Positions 1 through 12,189 of a stretch of DNA of 64,000 nucleotides are shown piece by piece. This stretch comes from Octopus vulgaris. Its lineage: Eukaryota. The number at the start of each line of letters is the position of its first letter. Position 1 is the first letter of the stretch. A program made the position numbers and the translations under genes. The DNA is taken from the NCBI GenBank assembly GCA_951406725.2, contig OX597823.1, positions 105,648,001-105,712,000 on the forward strand, read 5' to 3'. The notes beneath the pieces are model-generated. The model did not search any database, had not been told where the DNA came from, and saw only the letters and a program-made list of their open reading frames with translations.

Positions 1-480
1 AGTGAAAAGGTAAATGCACGAAAGAGAGGTGAAAAAGAATGAACGGAATAAGGAAGGAAAGAAATTATGAATAATGAATGAAATAATTTATGCTGGAGAA
101 GAAGTACGAATGAACTAATGAAAGAATGAGAAGAATAATGAACGACAGAATGAGAAGAAGGTGGATGAATGAAAGGAAGGCTGTAGAATAAAAGATAGAG
201 GCGTGAAAGACGCAGAATAAAGCAAGAAAGAATGAAATTATGAAAGAAAGAACGAATGAAAAAATGAAAGTAGGAAAGAAAATTAATATCATAGAAAAGG
301 TAAAAGATAAAGAATACAACAAAGAAGATAAAGCAGAAGAAAGAACGAATGTACGAAAGTGAAGGAAAAGTAAGGAGCGAAAGAAAGTGGAGAAAGGAAA
401 GAAGAAAAGGAAAAGGGAAGAAATGAACGAAAGAAGTGAAAGAAAGATGAAGAAGAGACAAATGCTATCGAGAGATTGAA
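1..480. repeat. Purine-rich (GAA/GAAA) low-complexity tract
   Basis: Almost exclusively A/G with degenerate gaaa/agaa units; the ORFs here are F/S/L-rich artefacts. Confidence 0.8.
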
Positions 481-809
481 CAAGCATTGTGTGGAAAACG
501 CGTTAACAACAACACCTGCTCGTCTAGGAAGACGGGAAACAGAAATAGTTATTATCTGTTCCAGGTGAACAAAGGTTCAACAGCATTAACGAACAAGTTT
601 ACCGGGTTTTCTTCCATTGTGCTCTGTGTATGCATTTAGCTGTTGTTTACGATTGTCGTTGTTGTCATTGTAGTTGATGATATTGTCGTGTTGCTGGTGG
701 TGGGGGTGCTCAGTCCCCACCCACCACTAACAGCCCAATATGGGTTTGTTTTTGTTTTAGTAAGGTACAAGCAATGAAATCCTATGATTTTACGATGAAA
801 GGTGTACAT

Positions 810-822
810 AATAATAATAATG

Positions 823-866
<44 letters not shown>
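810..866. repeat. (TAA)n microsatellite
   Basis: Direct reading. Confidence 0.95.
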
Positions 867-867
<1 letters not shown>

Positions 868-1158
868 TCGATGATAATGATGATGAGGATCGTAGTGATG
901 AAAATGAGGATAATGCTATTTTTTGCTATCGTTAAACATAATACATGTATTTAAAATACGCTTCGTATTTGAACGTATATATGAAAGTATATGTGCGTTT
1001 TCATACACGTATGTGAACACGCACACACACAGGCATACATATAGACACACAGACACAGACACACAGACACACACACTCTATATGCGACACAAACACACAT
1101 ATTCCTACTGACATACAAACGTTCACATATCAACAGCTGTTTCACTCTTTCGTTCATT

Positions 1159-1160
1159 AT

Positions 1161-1201
<41 letters not shown>

Positions 1202-1625
1202 TATGTATATATATAGATATATATATATGTATGTATGTATGTAGGTATGTATTTATGTATGTATGTATGTATGTATATATATATATATATATATGTATGC
1301 ATGTATGTATGTATGTATGTATGTATGTATGTGTACGTGTGTGTGTCTGTGTGTGTTTGTGAATGTATGCGTATAAGTGTGTATGTGGGGGGCACGCACT
1401 CACGCGATTTTATATATGTATGTATGTATGTATGTATATATATATGTATGTAACTATGTATGCATGTGCGTGTTTGTGTGATATGTGATATGTAAATATA
1501 TACATAATATTACATCATGCGGTCTATCTATCTATACATTTGTATATATGTGGGTGTGTCTGCATGTGTTTGTGAGTGTGTGCGTGCGTATATGTGTGTG
1601 CATGTGTATGTGCGCGCGCGCGCGG
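1159..1625. repeat. Compound (TA)n/(TATG)n/(TG)n microsatellite block, representative of dozens across the window
   Basis: Direct reading. Similar blocks occur at about 7820-8065, 10555-10870, 17950-18470, 23520-24780, 25790-28400, 34590-35070, 47490-50100 and 56450-56720. Confidence 0.95.
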
Positions 1626-2141
1626 ATGTTATGTGATCAATCATCAAATATTAATTAGCGACGTCCATTGAATGTAAAATCTGCGAATGAGAAAAGGAAG
1701 GAATTAAATATTGTGTAAGGCAGATGTCTAATTAACAATTCTTCATTAAGGGGCTTTTGTACGTGTATATCACATGCGTGCATTGTAAATTATAAGTGTG
1801 TATGATATGTGCATGTGTATATAAAGTGTAGCCTATGTGTAAATTATGCGTTCTTATTGTATGCGTGTGTTTGTGTTAATATGGAGCTAAATTCATTATA
1901 GAATTATTGAAATTAGTTAATTAGTTATCTTTTTGTCTTTAGCTTGTCCAGGCATATGGTTGCACCAAGTAAAGACACGATAGCTTCTTCTTCAGTGATT
2001 TGGTATTGTTTAGGACATAGAGCTTTGATGAAAATGCTACAAATCTCCTCCTGTTCCAGCTAGTTTCATCTTGAAATGGTAATTGGTAACTTTTTCAATG
2101 AGGAGAATATGTGCGAAGTTAACAAAAATAAAAGAAAAGAA

Positions 2142-2660
2142 GGCTGGTGGTGAGGGTAGTGATAGAAGTGGTGGTTGTGGTAGTGATGGTGGCTGTGGTG
2201 GTGTTGGTAGTTGTGGTGGTGTTCGTGGTTGTGGCGGTAGTAGTGGTGGTAGTGGTTGTTGTGGTTGTGGTGGTAGTGGTTGTGGTAGTGGTGGTAGTGG
2301 TAAATACAAATGGTATTTAGTTGGTGGTGAGGGAGGTGATAGAAGTGGTGGTTGTGGTAGTGATGGTGGCTGTGGTGGTGTTGTTAGCTGTAGTGGTGTT
2401 CGTGGTTGTGGCGGTAGTAGTGGTGGTTGTGGTGGTAGTAGTTGTGGTGGTAGTGGTTGTGGTAGTGGTGGTAGTGGTAAATACAAATGGTATTTAGCTG
2501 GTGGTGAGGGTAATGATAGAAGTGGTGGTTGTGGTAGTGATTGATGGTGGTGTTCGTAGTTGTGGTGGTGTTCCTGGTTGTGGCGGTAGTAGTGGTGGTG
2601 GTGGTGGTTGTGGTAGTGGTGATAGTGGTGGTAGTGGTAAATACAAATGGTATTTTGCTG
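2142..2660. repeat. Three-copy higher-order tandem repeat built from GGT/GTG triplets
   Basis: The marker taaatacaaatggtattt recurs at 2301, 2478 and 2638 (periods 177 and 160 bp); gatagaagtggtggttgtggtagtgat is also repeated. Confidence 0.9.
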
Positions 2661-2784
2661 GAGAGTGAGGTATATTGATAGTGAGTGAAACAGGTAGAGA
2701 ATGAGAGATTTTGGAAAAATATGTACATAAACAGATAGATATGGGGAAGGCAAGAGATAAATATAAATATGATAAATATATGGA

Positions 2785-2785
<1 letters not shown>

Positions 2786-2877
<92 letters not shown>

Positions 2878-2897
2878 CCAATCTACCTATCTACCAA

Positions 2898-2928
<31 letters not shown>

Positions 2929-2933
2929 TTCTT

Positions 2934-2995
<62 letters not shown>

Positions 2996-3040
2996 CATGT
3001 GTGTGTGTGTGTGTGAGTGAGTGTGTTTGTGTGTGTGTAT
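2786..3040. repeat. Compound (TATC)n-(TC)n-(TA)n-(TG)n microsatellite
   Basis: Direct reading. Confidence 0.95.
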
Positions 3041-3979
3041 GCACAGAGAGGGACAGAGAGATATCGATAGTAGAAAATGGTCTTATGACTGATAGATAGG
3101 TAGATTGAGAAAAGAAGAACAAAATAGAAGAGAAAGAGGAGAAGGAGAAGTAATTAATAAAATTAATTGTTAATTCATGGTAATTTGTGTGTAACAAACT
3201 AAGTGGTTGGTAATTTACTATCAATAATATTTATAAATTACTATTATGAAAACTTATTTGATTGTTGCCTGTCATCATCTTTCACATTGCTGTTGTTGCT
3301 ATTGTTGTTGATAAATTCGCTGTTATGACGATGATATTGGTGATTACACTCGTTGTTGTTGTTGTTGTTGTTGTGTTCATTGCTCTTGTTTTGTATACAC
3401 ACCAATGATTTAGATTTTTTACTTTGCTTTTGTTTCGTCCTAGAAATATTTGAATTAACGCTTTTTTTTTGTTCTGGTCTCGAAAAAAAAAACACACAAA
3501 AAAACACACCAAAAATCGATATAGAAATTAGAATTTCTTTTGTCCTTAATTTTCTCCTTTATCTCGTTTGTAATGATATTTTAATGAATACCTTCGGGTT
3601 GAAGATATCGATTGACGGATACAGCAGATATTGAGCACCTCAAACGGATTGTATTAGGTTTTATAGAACAAAAGGTACAATTTCCTGTTATTCCAGTCGA
3701 CAATTCGGTCCGTTTGAAAGCAACTTATATCGTTTAATTATTTAGTGCCTTTGGTAAATACATGAACCTCACTACATCTCTTTCATGTATAATATTCAAA
3801 AGAACTGTGTGTGCTAAACGTAAGTGGAGAGCGAAATGTTGAAATCTCAGTCTGCATGGAGCACACAAGCACATGTGAGAGGCGTTTATTCGGATTTTGA
3901 GCATAAGGGACTTGGGAGCATAAGGGACTCTTCTAAATTGTTGCACAATTGACTTCAAGGTGTGATTGGTACTCCTTTA

Positions 3980-4110
3980 TTAGCTGTATGTACTGGAGTA
4001 ACGTGATAGGAAGTGCCTTGCTCGAAGGAATACTGCCTGACTCGAGAATCGAACCCACGATCTACAAATGAGCCCAACTTCCTGATCATTAGGTCACACA
4101 GCACTTCACA
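3980..4110 (-). mobile_element. Decayed tRNA-derived SINE head (third family)
   Basis: Minus strand has a B-box-like gtgggttcgattctcg followed by ccttcgagcaaggcacttcc...ttactccagt; a related plus-strand piece tgtccttgggcaaggttc...ttgctccagtt lies at about 37795-37850. Confidence 0.5.
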
Positions 4111-4810
4111 GCACCATGTGATACGAGGTAAAACTCATTGTAAGTTTGAAGCTTGAAATTCTGGTTTTTATTCGTGGCTAGTTGAAGCCAGTGTATTTCG
4201 TTTGAAGCTGCTATAGTTTTTCAGACATGCAGGAAAACTATTTTATCTTCTCATCAACATTTGTATCAAAATAAGTTCTTATCTAACATTGACCATTGCT
4301 GAAGAGGACCACAATTGTACTCCTTCAAAATTGTACTTTTGTGTTCCTTTAAACCCCTATTCTCTAATATTTTACACATTTTTTTCTGTGCAAAAGTCTG
4401 AGTAAACTGCTCTTCACTGAATAGCTTGCTGAGACCTTTGCTCAATATTCCTAACAAACAGATGTGGAGTTCTGGAACGCCCTTTAGGTCAGTTTATTTT
4501 TTAAAAACTCATTTAACTGTTACAATTTGATTTTATATTGTTTTAGTTGTACCAAAATCTGCGAATGAGAAATGGAAGCAAAACCGTTCAGAATTATAAT
4601 ATATATATTATATATTATACATACGGTGGTGCCCCAGCATGGCCGCGGCCTTCGGGCTAAAACATTTTTAAGGATTTAAGGATTTATACATACATGTTAA
4701 CACTTTACAATATATTTACATATTTACATACATCTATGTATCGATCTAAAATAACGGGAATACTAAAGGAAGGCCTGAATTTAAGAGAAGAGAAAACCAA
4801 AAGGTCTCTC

Positions 4811-4953
4811 TCTCTTTTACTCTTTTACTAGTTTCAGTCATTTGACTGCGGCCATGCTGGAGCACCGCCTTTAGTCGAGCAAATCGACCCTGGGACTTAT
4901 TCTTTGTAAGCCCAGTACTTATTCTATCGGTCTCTTTTGCCGAACCGCTAAGT
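4811..4953 (-). mobile_element. SINE family A, 3' fragment
   Basis: Matches the tail of the full copies (tttcagtcatttgactgcggccatgctggagcaccgcc...gccgaaccgctaag). Confidence 0.9.
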
Positions 4954-5109
4954 TCATGCTAAGTTCATTTAAAAGTTCTTGAGTAGAATCTATTATAATT
5001 ACGTCCGCCTTTGTAACTTGTTTTGAATGGTGAATTTGTTAACTTTGGCTTGTATTAGATAAGGATAAACTATGTTATACTTACTAAACTTTCTACAGCC
5101 ACCTTCACA

Positions 5110-5341
5110 TGCCATGATTACCATTGGGATAGACCAGGTATCGGAGAAGGATTCTGAATTATTTTTCTGCTTTTTTTCTTTTTTACTTAATTTTTGAGAG
5201 TGATCGGGTTCATTTTTAGTATTCTCATTTGTGAGAGCAGTCGAGTTTGTTTCAGATATTCTCATTTTAAAAATCATCTTCAGCTAATCGTTGAGAGGAC
5301 GTTGGTGCTGCTTTAGCGAAGGTTTGCGCACTCTGAGTGCC
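5110..5341 (+). mobile_element. Helentron/HINE-like non-autonomous element, 3' part
   Basis: Ends in ctttagcgaaggtttgcgcactctgagtgc (5311-5340), matching the 3' subterminal IR + hairpin of the 9313-9946 element (cttggcggaggtctgcgctctccgagtgc). The left boundary is approximate. Confidence 0.6.
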
Positions 5342-5357
5342 ATTATCATCATCATCA

Positions 5358-5439
<82 letters not shown>

Positions 5440-5441
<2 letters not shown>

Positions 5442-5639
5442 TATGTTTGACTTTTGCTTTATGTCTGTACAAGTTGGCTCCAAGTCTCACCCAGAGACCT
5501 CAAGAGACAACAGGTTGGAAGTTCTGTGCCATATATTTGGGGTTTTTGTTGTTTTTTTTTTTGGTGTTGTACTAGTGAATGTCTAATACATAAAAAAAAA
5601 ATTAAAAAAAATAAATAAAAAAAAAAATGGTTTTAAACC

Positions 5640-5640
<1 letters not shown>
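5440..5640 (-). mobile_element. R4/Dong non-LTR retrotransposon, 3' UTR-only copy inside an (ATT)n array
   Basis: Reverse complement is near-identical to the 3' UTR of the 45576-46628 copy; flanked by (ATT)n at 5360-5439 and 5641-5693. Confidence 0.92.
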
Positions 5641-5694
<54 letters not shown>

Positions 5695-6588
5695 GTTTTG
5701 TTTCGTTAGGATAATTGATAATTTAATAAAAACTCATAACATACTGGGTTACAAACGGAAACAATTGCACAGAATCATCAAATTTCTCACTGTTCTAAAC
5801 GAAGTTACGACAAATTTACTTAGACATATGTTAGTCGCCTGGGTCTCCTTGTCGAAGAGGTATCGCGGTTGTCCGCTCATCAGTAGATATAGGGTTCAAT
5901 CTCCACAGACGATTCCGTCTAAGGAGTATTTTTTTTCATTATATTATCTGCTAAACTGATAACCTTCAATTGAATTTGAGCAGCATCTTAAAAAGTAGTA
6001 ATATGATATAACTTTCTAGGAAAACAAATAAACAAGCAACAGTGTTTTAGAGAACTGAATACGTAAGTACTGTACTATACCGAAATAAATAACCACTAAC
6101 AGCGTATAACTTGGAGTTATTCTTCTTAAATTTGCAACTTTTGAAGCTCCCAGCAATAGCACACAAAAAATTCATTGAAAAAATAATGTGCATTTATAAA
6201 AGAGTCGTAGGCAAAGATACAGTTTTTTTTTAAAGAACGCCAAAATAATGTGCAGTAAAATGAACATTGAAGAATAGAATTATGACTTCAAAAATATAAC
6301 ATTAAGAAAGAAAAATACAAAGAAAAAGAAATAGGAAAGAGAAAAATGGGGAGGAAGAAGAAGAAAAGAAACAGTAATCACTGTATAAGAGAAATATATT
6401 AAATAAAATATCATCATAACTTGAAAAGTCTTCGTTGAATAACAATAATGAAAAAAATGCTAAACGCTCAGAGTCCACACACAACTTCTCGAGTCACGAA
6501 TCGTCCATCAGAAATGACATCGAATGAAAGTATAAAAATCAATGAAATAAAATTACCATATATAAGTGTGTGTGTGTAAAATGAACTT

Positions 6589-6653
<65 letters not shown>

Positions 6654-6898
6654 GGGGAATTCACAAGACAAACGAGGAAGACAGGTGGTGTAAACAACAA
6701 ATATACATTCACACACACATACATTTGAATATATATATGTTTGTGTGTATGTGTGTGTATATATATACATATAAATACACATATGTATAAATACATACAC
6801 ACATGCATATATACATACGTAAATGCATAAGTATATCTACAGACACACACACATTAATGCTTGTTTTTATGTTGAGTATAATTTCATGTTAGATTGAA

Positions 6899-7067
6899 GG
6901 ATTACTCAACATGTTTGAAGAGTACATATTTGCTATTCTTTTATAAGAACAGTGCTGACAGTAACTTCGAAGTTTCGGACTACCTGCCGAGCTTCGAAGT
7001 CAGTGTCAACAGTATTCTTGTAAAAGAATAATACATGTGCACATCTCGAGTTACTGCGAGCAATGCG
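6899..7067. repeat. Long imperfect palindrome (MITE-like or hairpin-RNA-like)
   Basis: Arms 6934-6978 and 6987-7030 are reverse complements (37/44 identical, 1 gap) around an 8-nt loop; weaker pairing extends to about 6899/7067. Confidence 0.85.
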
Positions 7068-7103
7068 TAGCCCCAGAATATGTCACCATTCGCGCGCATA
7101 AAT

Positions 7104-7137
<34 letters not shown>

Positions 7138-7143
7138 TATATA

Positions 7144-7374
7144 TGTTTCTTTACTACCCACAAGGGGCTAAACATAGAGGGGACAAACAAGGACAGACAA
7201 ACGGATTAAGTCGATTACATCGACACCAGTGCGTAACTGGTACTTAATTTATCGACACCGAAAGGATGAAAGGCAAAGTCGACCTCGGTGGAATTTGAAC
7301 TCAGAACGTAAAGACAGACGAGATACGGCTATGCATTTCGGCCGGCGTGCTAACGTTTCTGCCAGCTCGCCGCC
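7144..7374 (-). mobile_element. SINE family B (tRNA-like head, Meta-like domain, Tx1-type tail), full length
   Basis: Minus strand reads ggcggcgagctggcagaaacgttagc ... gttctgagttcaaattcc (B box) ... gcctttcatcctttcgg-gtcgataaattaagtacc ... tagccccttgtgggtagtaaagaaac; flanked by (TA)n. Confidence 0.92.
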
Positions 7375-7394
7375 CTAATATTAATATATATATA

Positions 7395-7432
<38 letters not shown>

Positions 7433-7908
7433 TATAAATGCTTACAAACATATTATATGTACACAGACACTCACGTACAACGTACATACGCACAAACACA
7501 GGCACATTCCCATGTAAATGTCATACAAACTTTGAGAAATATAAGTGTATGTGTGTGTGTGCGTGCGTGTGTGTGTGTGCGTGTGTGTGTGTGTGTGTAA
7601 GTAGGTGAATGAGGGAGAGAAGGAGAGTGGGCGACTTAGAAAAGTAGTCTTTGTCTTTGGAATTTTACAACGGAATTGCAATTTTTTTGAATTAGATTGT
7701 GTGTAGGGCGGCATTTGCAAGAGATTATTGTTATAGACAATAGCATCAATAAATTGAAGACACACACACAGAAATATGAATGTTCAAAAAAAAAAAAGAC
7801 AGAAACCTCACAGAAACGATATATATACATGTATGTATATATGTACATGTATATAAGTGTGTGTCTATGAGTGTGTATATATATATGTATATATAAATTA
7901 TACACATG

Positions 7909-7940
<32 letters not shown>

Positions 7941-7995
7941 AATGTATATATATATATATGTATGTATGAATGTATATATATATATATATGTATGA

Positions 7996-8067
<72 letters not shown>

Positions 8068-8569
8068 TGAGAGTGAGAGAAAAAGGGGAAGAAAAAGAGA
8101 AGGAGAGTTTAATAAAAAATGTCTGACTGGTGATTATTATTTGGTAACATTTTAGGAAAATCAAAATATAAAAGTCAGTAAATTCAGAAAAAAAAAGTAA
8201 AAATTCGAATTATTTTATTTATATAAATATTTCCAATGTAAATCACAATGAAATATCTCGACATTCAATCAGAAACAGTAAATGGTTTCTGTTGTAATAT
8301 TTAACTTACAAGCTTGTAGAAGTAGCAGCAGTAGCAGAGGCAGCAGTAGTAGTGTAGTAGTAGTTGTTGTTGTTGCTATTAAGCTTCTTATTACTGTTGT
8401 TGTTGCCGTTGCTGTTGCTAATGTTCTCTGCTCCTGTTATTGTTGCTGTGTTTTGCTTTCATTTTTGCAAGCATCCATGACAAAGATGTAACAGCTCAGA
8501 ACCATTTTCCTTTGATATAAATGGACAACCCCCTACTGCTCGTCCCTTTTTTTTTTCACTCCTTACCGC

Positions 8570-8760
8570 TGTTGTTGTTGTTGTTGTTGTGTTTAGTCCA
8601 AGTCAGCAATGATCGAACCAGACCAATGATCAAACGGACTATACGAAATTTTTATGTGTATCAGAACCTAGCTTATCCAGAATGACCTTCACATTCGATA
8701 GAGATTTGGCTGTTATTTCTTGCAGGTCGAAACTGATTGCTATTTCTAGCAGATCTGGAA
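8570..8760 (-). mobile_element. Old interspersed repeat with a (CAA)n tail (family C), decayed
   Basis: (GTT)n followed by gtcag..tgatcga...gacc.atgatcaaa and gctatttctagca; the same motifs recur at about 10020-10140, 33940-34130 and, reversed, 37153-37345. Confidence 0.55.
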
Positions 8761-9312
8761 ACAATATAAAGATCGTGACGATTTAGCAAACACTCTTTTA
8801 GTTTCATAACGGTGCCAATGATGACTCTATTAAACCGCATCCTCGTCTCTCCTCCGCCAAGATACTCTGTTGAACAACAGAGGCAATGACAAAAGTTATA
8901 TTTCAGTGACTTCAGCGTCATCGTCGCTGTTTGTTGTAACACTCAGCTCATCAACACGTTATTCCATAATAATCGGGCGGCCGTTATCACTGCCTTAAAT
9001 CATTTATCCATTAACAGGCCGAAGCCATGGAGGTTCCCTGGTCGACAATATCAGAGCAAAGATTAGCCCATCATATAAATAAGTTTATTTGAAGCTTCTG
9101 TTTGAATTGGAGTCTATCAAGATATGCTCCCTACTGTGCAGTGGACGGTATTGTTGCTGCTGCAACCACTGTTGTTACAGTTGTTTGATCTAAAATCAGC
9201 TTCAACCAAACAGAGACCCTGGTCTGGGTTTGATATCGTCCACCAAGCTACCCCTCTTAGTGATTTATTGATCTCAACATTCATAACATTGTGAGTAGTT
9301 TGTCACTCAGTC

Positions 9313-9946
9313 TTATAACCTCCGCCACGGAAAGAGGTTATGTTTTCATCGGCGTTGGTTGGTCCGTCTGCCCGTCTGTGGGCAAAATAACTCAAACTCA
9401 AAAAGTTGTGAACGGTATTTAATGAAACTTATGAGAAAAGTTGGTAATAACACAAGAAACAGATGATTAAATTTTTGTAGTGATCCGAAAATTTTTATGG
9501 ATTCTTGAAGGATTTTTCCTTTGTTATATTTACTTTACATGAAGTATTACGATCTTACGTTCTTTGATTATCTCCCTTGAAAACACGTTCATCGTTTCCA
9601 CGTAACCTATGGTGGCGTTGCTGTTTCCAAAGTTTATTTTCGATTCTCTATTCGTAATTTTACTCGCGTATCTATCTTAACACTCAAGTTTTAGATAATT
9701 GTTGTTTCTTTTTAGTTGTATGGTGAAAATCGCTTCTTGTTGTCATTGGTCTATTATAACTGCTTCAGATGATTCCTGTTTTTAAAAAGAAAATCATATG
9801 GTTGTGTTATTTCTTTTAACCCCGCCAAGGGGTTTATGTTTTTGCCGGCGTTAGTTTGGGAAATTGGGCGATTTTCAGCATGCGTGTATAAGGGTGGAAA
9901 TGAGCTGCTTGGCGGAGGTCTGCGCTCTCCGAGTGCTTTTCTAGTT
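9313..9946 (+). mobile_element. Helentron-associated non-autonomous element (HINE/DINE-1-like)
   Basis: 5' subterminal acctccgcca (9318-9327) is inverted to the 3' tggcggaggt (9910-9919); terminal hairpin gcgctc-tcc-gagtgc; ends ttttctagtt; TT at both ends; the 5' block is duplicated internally at about 9815-9860. Confidence 0.75.
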
Positions 9947-10686
9947 CAGGCAAGTGTTACAATCAAAAGAAACAAGGAAGAGGTATTCTCTGAAATAATA
10001 TAAATGATCATGTAATATATTCAGGACTACGTTATCCAATACATCCTTCCCTTTTAAGAAATTAAGGTGTGATTTGAAAGAAATTTAATCGCTATTTCTA
10101 GCAAAGATGAACGAACATGGAGAAGCGCATCCGCTGATCTGCAGTCGTAAAGTTTAGATAAATTATATCAAATACCAATATTTACAACCTCCATCTAAAT
10201 CTACTTTTTTCGCCCCTGTAGTCTCCCATAAAATAATTTCTTTGACCTCTACATTTAAACATTCGCCCAGTCATTCTTCCCCAGAGATGCAGAACTCACC
10301 TGTGTCCCCTTCTCAATAATTGACCTTCAAAACTTCAAACGGGCTATTACTTGTATTAACCTTTATATTTCAAACTCCAGCCACGCCCTTCTCGCTTTAT
10401 ATTAAGTAATACAAACAATAAGTTGGTTGCATGGCATTTTTATAAAATACATGATGAGATATTCTTAATAGACATTTGCTGCCTAATGAATGGTTCCTCA
10501 ACCAATTTCGTAATACATACAATATAGTATCAAATCAGAAAGTAATTCAGATGCTTACATACATACATAAAATACATACATATATACATACATACATACA
10601 TACATACATACATACAAACATGTGTATATCTATGTATGTGTGTATGTGTGTGTATATATATGCTTGTATATATATATATACACACA

Positions 10687-10766
<80 letters not shown>

Positions 10767-10780
10767 TATAATATATATTT

Positions 10781-10843
<63 letters not shown>

Positions 10844-10873
10844 CACATACATATGTACCTATGTGTGTGCGTG

Positions 10874-11747
10874 TATTGGATTGTAATAAATTGGTTCGTT
10901 TCCTTCCAATGTTATTTGAATTAACACGACGAAATATACTTTTTTCGTAATGTATTATTCTATTTATTTTTTTTTATGTAACTTTCTTCTACAACATTTG
11001 TGTAGCGTTTTGGGAATTTGAATAAATGTTACCTCCCTTCAGACATATAACAATGGAGTGCTATGTAGAAAGAAATGGCCACTTCGATACCAGCTTCTCT
11101 CTGCTATCACTCAAGGTTCCAAAGTTGCCAAAGCCGTTCTTGACGTTGGCGCTGTATACGGAGAAGGCGCTAGCATTAAAATACCTTCACAGAAGTGGTT
11201 TACATGCTTCAAGAGAAGGAAATTCAATTTCACAGACTACACATTCCTATCGGTCTATTCAGTTCGATGAAGATCTACTGGACGAGTTCGTCCTCGAAGA
11301 TCCGCGCTGGACCATTCAGAAATTGGCCCAGTAGATGAGATGTTCTGATGCATCCATTGCCCTCTTCCTTCATCAACATCAACGCTCACCCCCACGTCTC
11401 TAATTTGACCAAAGATGCTATCCAAGACCAAGTTCTGTTGCATCCACAGTATTCTCCTGACACAATGCCTTCAAATTATCATCTTTTCCCCAAACAATCT
11501 GCAAGTTGTTTCGTTCAATAACAACTTGGAGCTGTGAACGGGTCTCAATGAATCCTTCCAGTAACGACCGGGTGACTTCTACTATCAAGGCATTAACAAG
11601 CAGCCGGAACATTAGCAAGAAGTCCTGAGTAATGGAGAATATATTATTCGTGGATTTATTAAATAATGATTAGAAAATAAAGATGATGAAGAATAAAGAC
11701 TAAAATAAATGGAAAAAAGTGTGAACGAGAATTTATCTGGCAAACTA

Positions 11748-11750
<3 letters not shown>
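10874..11750 (+). mobile_element. Internally deleted, frameshifted mariner (Mos1/SETMAR-type) transposon
   Basis: N-terminal HTH MECYVERNGHF / QGSKVAKAVLDVGAVYGEGA...QKWF...FDEDLL; C-terminal HPQYSPD.MPSNYHLF (YSPDL motif) and FYYQGINK...NGEYII. Degenerate TIRs tattggattgtaataaatt / tattagtttgccagataaatt (reverse complement), with TA at both ends. Confidence 0.88.
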
Positions 11751-11778
<28 letters not shown>

Positions 11779-12189
11779 TGTATGTATGTATGTATGTATG
11801 TATGCATGCATGTATGTATGTATGCATTTATGTATGTATGTATGTATATATGTATGTATGTGTGTATGTGTATGTATGCATACATGTATGTATACACACG
11901 CTCACATATACAGACTCTCTTCTCCTCTCTCTCTTTCTCCATAAATATAGACATCATCTTCCTTTACTCTGACTCTGTACATCTAATGATACAGACTTAG
12001 AAAAGGCTTCAAACTACAATTTGTTCAATCACTAAAACTACAGAGGAAAGCGGTGATGAATTTCTCAGCGTCAGTTCTTATCTCTGCATCAAGTAGGCTA
12101 CATAAGTTCACTATGACTTTGAACTTGCCAAGTACTGACTCCTAGGCTTCTTTAGCTTCTGAATTCTTCTCTTGCAGAAAGGGAAACTT

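Noticed and set aside
3612-3737. Peptide LTDTADIEHLKRIVLGFIEQKVQFPVIPV, vaguely GRIP-domain-like
   Set aside because: Short, lacks the conserved Tyr, has no convincing splice acceptor and no neighbouring coiled-coil exons; likely chance.
4999-5277. 92-aa minus-strand ORF
   Set aside because: Mostly overlaps the HINE-like non-coding element; no recognisable domain.
5835-5915. tRNA-like A/B-box sequence
   Set aside because: No intact cloverleaf; at best a decayed SINE head. The SINE A and B heads are likewise not functional tRNA genes.
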